From NCBI RefSeq assembly GCF_058153355.1, contig NZ_CM177019.1: DNA of 64,000 nucleotides, one strand, 5' to 3'. This document shows positions 57,901 to 64,000 of the stretch, piece after piece (positions within the stretch are counted from its first letter, which is position 1; every line of letters starts with the position of its first letter). A program made the position numbers and the translations under genes. The notes beneath the pieces are model-generated. The model saw nothing but the letters and a program-made list of their open reading frames with translations. It searched no databases and had not been told where the DNA came from.

Positions 57901-58256
57901 ATCCGCTCCGTCGTTATGGTTATAAAAACGTGACGAATATACCCACATTGGAGTAACAAATGATCCTACATAGATCACATTACATATGATAATTCACCCT
58001 TTATTGATCTGGATTAATTTAGAAGTTGCACTGGAAATCCTGGTTAATGTGATTTAAATCAATTTTTAAATATTTTCGCTACGCAAATATTAACTCGCTC
58101 GCCACTTGCAGCGGTTTGCCCACGCCTGAAGGCCAGCAATTACCTCCGCTTTACAAAGATATGCTTTTCCATACAAGACCTGATGCTGCCACCCGAGGCT
58201 TAACCAGGGTACAATTGCCCGCTAATTAACACCTGCATAAAACTCAAGGAGAGTGC

Positions 58257-59000
58257 ATGTCTATCACGGCGCAGTCCGTATACCGTGACACCGGAAATTT
58301 CTTCCGTAATCAATTTATGACCATTCTGTTGGTATCGTTGCTATGTGCGTTTATCACAGTGGTGTTAGGGCATGTTTTCTCACCCAGTGATGCACAGCTT
58401 GCACAGCTCAATGACGGCGTGCCCGTTAGCGGCAGTAGTGGGTTGTTCGACCTGGTGCAGAATATGTCACCGGAACAGCAACAAATTTTGCTGCAGGCTT
58501 CAGCGGCGTCCACTTTTTCAGGATTAATCGGTAACGCCATTCTCGCCGGAGGCGTAATATTAATTATCCAGCTGGTGTCTGCGGGTCAGAGAGTCAGTGC
58601 GCTTCGAGCTATTGGTGCCAGTGCGCCGATATTGCCAAAGTTATTTATTCTGATTTTTCTGACTACCCTTTTAGTACAGATTGGCATCATGCTGGTGGTC
58701 GTTCCGGGAATTATCATGGCCATTTTACTGGCTCTGGCACCGGTGATGTTGGTACAGGACAAAATGGGCATTTTTGCCTCGATGCGCAGCAGTATGCGGC
58801 TGACATGGGCGAATATGCGTCTGGTGGCACCCGCGGTACTGAGCTGGTTGCTGGCAAAAACACTATTGCTACTTTTTGCCTCTTCTTTTGCCGCATTAAC
58901 CCCGGAAATTGGTGCCGTACTGGCGAACACCTTGAGCAATCTGATTTCAGCCGTACTGCTCATCTATCTGTTCCGCCTGTATATGTTGATTCGCCAATAA
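58257..59000 (+). CDS. yciC: UPF0259 inner-membrane protein
   Basis: 247 aa, multi-TM; synteny. Confidence 0.85.
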   Translation: MSITAQSVYRDTGNFFRNQFMTILLVSLLCAFITVVLGHVFSPSDAQLAQLNDGVPVSGSSGLFDLVQNMSPEQQQILLQASAASTFSGLIGNAILAGGVILIIQLVSAGQRVSALRAIGASAPILPKLFILIFLTTLLVQIGIMLVVVPGIIMAILLALAPVMLVQDKMGIFASMRSSMRLTWANMRLVAPAVLSWLLAKTLLLLFASSFAALTPEIGAVLANTLSNLISAVLLIYLFRLYMLIRQ

Positions 59001-59029
59001 CCTTAAGCATTTGATTACGGAATCGTAAA

Positions 59030-59569
59030 ATGAAGCAGTTTCTTGATTTTTTACCGCTGGTTGTCTTTTTCGCGTTTTACAAGATTTATGACATCTATGC
59101 GGCTACTGCGGCGCTGATCGTCGCCACGGCGATTGTGCTTATATATAGCTGGGTTCGCTTTCGTAAGGTTGAGAAGATGGCCCTGATCACTTTTGTTCTG
59201 GTGGTCGTCTTCGGTGGCTTGACGCTGTTCTTCCACAATGATGAGTTTATTAAATGGAAGGTTACTGTCATTTATGCCCTGTTTGCAGGTGCCCTGTTAG
59301 TCAGCCAATGGGTGATGAAAAAGCCGCTAATTCAGCGGATGCTGGGTAAAGAACTCACGCTGCCGCAACCGGTATGGTCGAAGCTGAATCTGGCCTGGGC
59401 TGTTTTCTTTATCCTTTGCGGTCTGGCAAACATCTACATCGCATTCTGGCTGCCGCAAAATATTTGGGTCAACTTTAAAGTGTTTGGCCTGACCGCTCTT
59501 ACCTTAATCTTCACATTGTTAAGCGGTATCTATATCTACCGCCACATGCCGCAGGAAGATAAATCCTAA
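59030..59569 (+). CDS. yciB: inner-membrane septation-associated protein
   Basis: 179 aa, 5 TM; synteny. Confidence 0.85.
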   Translation: MKQFLDFLPLVVFFAFYKIYDIYAATAALIVATAIVLIYSWVRFRKVEKMALITFVLVVVFGGLTLFFHNDEFIKWKVTVIYALFAGALLVSQWVMKKPLIQRMLGKELTLPQPVWSKLNLAWAVFFILCGLANIYIAFWLPQNIWVNFKVFGLTALTLIFTLLSGIYIYRHMPQEDKS

Positions 59570-59673
59570 CCAGACTGCCAGTCCTTCGGGGCTGGCACTG
59601 TATCTCCTCTGTTCTCCTCAGGAAAATCATAGTAGCATCGCGCCTGTGATTTTCCTTTTAAGTCGGTTTTACC

Positions 59674-60072
59674 ATGTCTACAACACATAACGTCCCTCAG
59701 GGCGATCTTGTTTTACGTACTTTAGCCATGCCCGCCGATACCAATGCCAATGGTGACATCTTTGGTGGTTGGTTAATGTCACAAATGGATATTGGCGGCG
59801 CTATTCTGGCGAAAGAAATTGCGCACGGTCGCGTAGTGACCGTGCGGGTTGAAGGAATGACTTTCTTACGACCGGTTGCGGTCGGCGATGTGGTGTGCTG
59901 CTATGCACGCTGTGTCCAGAAAGGGACGACATCGGTCAGCATTAATATTGAAGTGTGGGTGAAAAAAGTCGCGTCTGAACCCATCGGGCAACGCTATAAA
60001 GCGACAGAAGCATTATTTAAGTATGTCGCGGTTGATCCTGAAGGAAAACCTCGCGCCTTACCTGTTGAGTAA
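59674..60072 (+). CDS. yciA: acyl-CoA thioesterase (hotdog fold)
   Basis: 132 aa; synteny. Confidence 0.88.
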   Translation: MSTTHNVPQGDLVLRTLAMPADTNANGDIFGGWLMSQMDIGGAILAKEIAHGRVVTVRVEGMTFLRPVAVGDVVCCYARCVQKGTTSVSINIEVWVKKVASEPIGQRYKATEALFKYVAVDPEGKPRALPVE

Positions 60073-60111
60073 TAGTCAAAAGCCTCCGGTCGGAGGCTTT
60101 TGACTTTCTGC

Positions 60112-60831
60112 TTACTGAATTTCGGTGGTGCCGTTAATTTTAAACAGGATATTCACCACAATCCCACTGCCTGGCTTACCCGGCTCATAACGCCATCTGC
60201 GCATCGCATTTTTCACCTCACGCTCAAACATGTTCGCAGGCTTGGCTGAGAGGATTTGCACGTTATCCACGCGACCATCCGGCGTGACATCAAATTTAAC
60301 TTTAACCTGCCCTTCAATGCGCAATGCCTGTGCTCGTGCCGGATACTGCGGCTGATTGCGACTTAATGCGCGTGGTCCTGAAGCCACACTTGTAACCGGC
60401 TTGCTGGTTGCAGCCGTCGCCGTACTTGATGTCGGGCGCGCGGGTGCCGTATTTTCAAACGGTGATGCCGGACGCGATTCTACGGGTTTGACATCGCGTT
60501 TTGGCTGCTCCTGTACCTTTTTCACCGGCTTCGGTTTTGGCTTAGGTTTCGGCTTAGGCTTTTCAATGACCACCGGTGCTTCTTTTGGCGGTTCAGGGAT
60601 CGGCTCAGGTTCCGGTTCTGGCTCTACCACCGGCTCCGGTGGCGGCTGAACGGCTTGTGGCGGTTCGAGATCCGCAGGCGCAACCATCGTGACAGAAATT
60701 GGCTGCGCAGGCGCAGGTAGTTCAATAACCTGATGTACCGAGGTATAGAGCAGACCCGCCACAACAGCACCATGAATGCAGACCGAAAGTAACGTCGGCC
60801 AGGGGAAGCGGCGAGGTAAATCAAGGGTCAT
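60112..60831 (-). CDS. tonB: TonB energy transducer
   Basis: ORF 60112..60882; start at [15 protein letters not shown] gives 239 aa; (EP)n/(KP)n proline-rich spacer. Confidence 0.95.
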   Translation of the reverse strand: MTLDLPRRFPWPTLLSVCIHGAVVAGLLYTSVHQVIELPAPAQPISVTMVAPADLEPPQAVQPPPEPVVEPEPEPEPIPEPPKEAPVVIEKPKPKPKPKPKPVKKVQEQPKRDVKPVESRPASPFENTAPARPTSSTATAATSKPVTSVASGPRALSRNQPQYPARAQALRIEGQVKVKFDVTPDGRVDNVQILSAKPANMFEREVKNAMRRWRYEPGKPGSGIVVNILFKINGTTEIQ

Positions 60832-60875
60832 TGAAGTCATAATCATTTCAGTAGAAAAACTAGGCCTCGATTTTA

Positions 60876-60900
60876 AATGCAAATAGCAATCATATTCAAT
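60876..60900 (-). promoter_or_regulatory. Fur box in the tonB promoter
   Basis: Minus-strand atgaatatgattgctatttgcatt resembles the Fur consensus; 45 bp upstream of the tonB start. Confidence 0.55.
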
Positions 60901-61054
60901 AAGGCAAGACGATCAGGATCAGTGAAAATGTCATTTTTGGCGTAATTGACCTTACTTTATGCATGGTCTTAACAAAGACATCATCTTTCCGTTGCAGATC
61001 TTCGCCCTTTCAAATAACGTACTTTACAACTTTCCCGAACAAGGAGTTGTGCCC

Positions 61055-61351
61055 GTGTTGTATGTTATTTACGCTCAAGACAAAGCTGATAGCCTCGAAA
61101 AACGCCTTTCCGTTCGTCCGGCACATTTAGCACGTTTACAGTTACTGCATGATGAAGGTCGATTGTTGACCGCCGGTCCAATGCCAGCAGTAGACAGTAA
61201 CGATCCAGGGGCTGCGGGATTTACTGGCTCAACCGTTATTGCTGAATTTGAATCGCTGGAAGCAGCTCAGGCCTGGGCCGATGCTGACCCGTACGTAGCG
61301 GCAGGAGTCTATGAACACGTTTCAGTGAAACCATTTAAGAAAGTGTTCTGA
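61055..61351 (+). CDS. yciI: YciI-like protein
   Basis: ORF 60959..61351; GTG start at 61055 preceded by AAGGAG; 98 aa ([10 protein letters not shown]). Confidence 0.8.
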
Positions 61352-61651
61352 ATAGAGATTCAATATTTAAGGGCACGGTTTTAGCAACCGTGTTCTAGTT
61401 TGGCCTTTCCTTATAGGTCGGTCAGTGCATTCCCCCCCACAAGCAGATAATAACTTTATCTGTATTTCTTTATATGATGTGAGCATATTCAGGAAAAATG
61501 CCCTTTCCTGACGCAGAGTTGCTCACTCAAAACCTTTGATTACTTCAGATAAAGTCATCTACTATTGTTTAACACATTCACGCGCTGCATGTATGTTCAG
61601 AAAATGTGCACGTTGAGATAATTAAACAAAATTGTGGTTACAGAGGTATCA

Positions 61652-62905
61652 GTGAGTCACTGGACTACATTCAAACAAACAGCAACAAATTTATGGGTGA
61701 CCCTACGGCACGACATTCTCGCGCTGGCCGTCTTTTTAAATGGATTGCTTATTTTTAAAACAATCTATGGTATGTCGGTCAATTTGCTTGATATTTTCCA
61801 TATCAAAGCCTTTTCAGAGTTAGATCTCTCCTTGCTGGCAAATGCCCCACTCTTTATGCTCGGCGTCTTTCTTGTCCTGAACTCCATTGGCTTACTGTTC
61901 CGGGCAAAGCTCGCATGGGCAATCAGTATCATTTTGTTGTTGATAGCGCTAATTTACACCCTGCATTTTTATCCCTGGCTGAAATTTAGTATTGGATTTT
62001 GCATTTTTACGCTGGTGTTTTTGCTGATACTGCGCAAAGACTTCTCCCACAGTAGCGCCGCAGCCGGGACAATTTTCGCATTTATTAGTTTCACGACGTT
62101 ACTGTTTTACTCCACCTACGGTGCGCTTTATTTAAGCGAAGGTTTTAATCCGCGAATAGAAAGTTTGATGACCGCGTTCTATTTTTCGATAGAAACCATG
62201 TCAACCGTCGGCTATGGCGATATTGTCCCTGTTTCTGAATCAGCACGATTGTTCACTATTTCGGTCATTATTTCCGGCATTACCGTTTTTGCCACCTCCA
62301 TGACTTCAATTTTTGGTCCGCTTATCCGCGGGGGATTCAACAAACTTGTAAAAGGAAACAATCATACAATGCATCGTAAAGATCATTTTATTGTTTGCGG
62401 GCATTCGATTCTCGCCATCAATACGATTCTGCAACTGAATCAACGCGGACAAAATGTAACGGTTATCAGCAACTTGCCTGAAGATGATATTAAGCAACTT
62501 GAGCAACGCTTAGGTGATAACGCTGATGTTATCCCCGGTGACAGTAATGACAGTTCAGTATTAAAGAAAGCAGGAATCGATCGATGCCGGGCCATTCTGG
62601 CGCTGAGTGATAACGACGCAGATAACGCGTTTGTTGTACTCTCGGCAAAAGATATGAGCAGTGATGTCAAAACAGTTCTCGCCGTCAGTGATAGCAAAAA
62701 CCTTAATAAGATTAAGATGGTACATCCGGATATTATTCTCTCGCCGCAACTGTTTGGCAGCGAAATTCTGGCGCGGGTCTTAAATGGTGAAGAGATTAAT
62801 AATGATATGCTCGTTTCAATGTTGTTGAACTCCGGTCATGGCATTTTCAGCGATAACGATGAACAAGAAACGAAAACTGACAGCAAAGAATCGGCGCAAA
62901 AATAG
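61652..62905 (+). CDS. kch: voltage-gated potassium channel
   Basis: ORF 61634..62905; GTG start at 61652 (MSHWTTFKQT), 417 aa; selectivity filter TVGYGD; C-terminal RCK domain. Confidence 0.9.
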   Translation: MSHWTTFKQTATNLWVTLRHDILALAVFLNGLLIFKTIYGMSVNLLDIFHIKAFSELDLSLLANAPLFMLGVFLVLNSIGLLFRAKLAWAISIILLLIALIYTLHFYPWLKFSIGFCIFTLVFLLILRKDFSHSSAAAGTIFAFISFTTLLFYSTYGALYLSEGFNPRIESLMTAFYFSIETMSTVGYGDIVPVSESARLFTISVIISGITVFATSMTSIFGPLIRGGFNKLVKGNNHTMHRKDHFIVCGHSILAINTILQLNQRGQNVTVISNLPEDDIKQLEQRLGDNADVIPGDSNDSSVLKKAGIDRCRAILALSDNDADNAFVVLSAKDMSSDVKTVLAVSDSKNLNKIKMVHPDIILSPQLFGSEILARVLNGEEINNDMLVSMLLNSGHGIFSDNDEQETKTDSKESAQK

Positions 62906-63273
62906 AGTTTGAAGACGAAAGGGCAAACTTATTGGGCACCGCAATGGTGCCCAGAACATTTAGATATTGTAGATCGCAAACAATAACGAGTTACGCTGTT
63001 TGTTTAGAATGCACTTCCTGATGCTGTGGATACGCATATTTCGGCGCGACTGCCCCTCAAGCCAACGCGATTTACGTCGGCTAGCCTGACGCTGCATGCG
63101 CCAGCGCCCCACTTCCGTTCTACTCCGCTTCATGTTAACTACTCTATGCAATAACAGAATGGTCATTATACCCCCGACCCCGACGCTGACCAGTGCTTTT
63201 CCCGCGTTTTTATTTGCCAGATGAATCCATATGCGTAAACTCATAACAATGCGCTTTCAAAAGGATTTCTAAT

Positions 63274-64000
63274 CTATGACAACCGTTTATACGTTGGTGA
63301 GTTGGTTGGCCATTCTGGGATACTGGTTGCTCATTGCAGGCGTAACTTTACGCATTCTAATGAAACGACGCGCAGTTCCCTCCTCGATGGCCTGGCTGTT
63401 GATCATTTACATTCTGCCCTTAGTCGGAATTATTGCCTATCTTGCCGTTGGCGAGCTCCATTTAGGCAAACGCCGCGCTGAGCGCGCCAGAGCGATGTGG
63501 CCTTCCACCGCAAAATGGCTTAACGACCTTAAAGCCTGTAAGCATATCTTCGCCGAAGAAAACAGCAGTGTCGCAGCGCCATTATTCAAGCTTTGTGAGC
63601 GTCGTCAGGGGATCGCTGGGGTCAAAGGGAATCAGCTGCAACTGATGACCGAATCAGATGATGTGATGCAGGCGTTAATCCGCGACATCCAGCTCGCTCG
63701 CCATAATATTGAGATGGTGTTTTATATCTGGCAACCCGGCGACATGGCGGACCAGGTGGCAGAATCTTTAATGGCCGCTGCACGTCGTGGTATTCATTGC
63801 CGACTAATGCTCGACTCCGCCGGAAGTGTGGCTTTTTTCCGCAGCCCGTGGCCAGAGCTAATGCGTAATGCTGGCATTGAAGTGGTCGAAGCATTAAAGG
63901 TCAATCTGATGCGTGTGTTTTTACGCCGTATGGATCTGCGCCAACATCGCAAGATGATCATGATTGATAATTACATCGCTTACACCGGCAGCATGAATAT
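63274..64000 (+). CDS. clsA: cardiolipin synthase A, N-terminal ~242 codons (continues beyond window end)
   Basis: ATG at 63274; [24 protein letters not shown] segments and first PLD-type region; no stop within the window. Confidence 0.88.

Noticed and set aside
58000-58020. Possible FNR half-sites (ttgat-ctgg-attaa) upstream of ompW
   Set aside because: ompW is FNR-regulated in E. coli, but this match to TTGAT-N4-ATCAA is imperfect and cannot be scored by eye.
60516-60624. Tandem dinucleotide-codon repeat (EP)n / (KP)n inside tonB
   Set aside because: This is the known proline-rich periplasmic spacer of TonB: a coding low-complexity repeat, not a CRISPR array, mobile element or anomaly.
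62960-63244. 94 aa minus-strand ORF between kch and clsA (K-12 has a small gene, yciY, near here)
   Set aside because: The predicted protein is highly basic with no recognisable features, and I could not match it to yciY from memory. Not enough support to call.

Overview
Escherichia coli-type chromosomal segment (trpL peptide [14 protein letters not shown] and the trp promoter/operator are exact E. coli hallmarks), running in inverted orientation relative to the usual K-12 map. Core gene order is puuB(partial)-puuC-puuR-puuD / puuA-puuP-ymjA-sapABCDF, fabI-yciW-rnb-pdeR-yciZ-yciT-osmB, yciH-pyrF-lapB-lapA-pgpB, ribA, acnA, cysB, topA, yciN, sohB, yciK-btuR, rluB-yciO-trpH, trpLEDCBA, yciGFE, ompW, yciCBA, tonB, yciI, kch, clsA(partial). 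Two blocks interrupt this core backbone. (1) A ~7.6 kb efflux island between sapF and fabI (13370..20862): TetR regulator, then a tightly packed operon for an RND tripartite pump (adaptor lipoprotein, AcrB/MexB-like permease, NodT/OprM-like outer-membrane lipoprotein) with a Bcr/CflA-type MFS transporter appended. (2) A ~1.5 kb strongly AT-rich two-gene cassette between the convergent rluB and btuR terminators (44717..46057): a 340 aa lipoprotein and a 102 aa partner of unrecognisable function. The cassette is the best candidate for an undescribed system. Also notable is a perfect 2 x 51 bp tandem duplication of the fabI 3' end. No rRNA, tRNA, CRISPR array or IS element was seen. Gene names are from recognition of protein sequences; nothing was searched or computed beyond reading the sequence and the ORF track.
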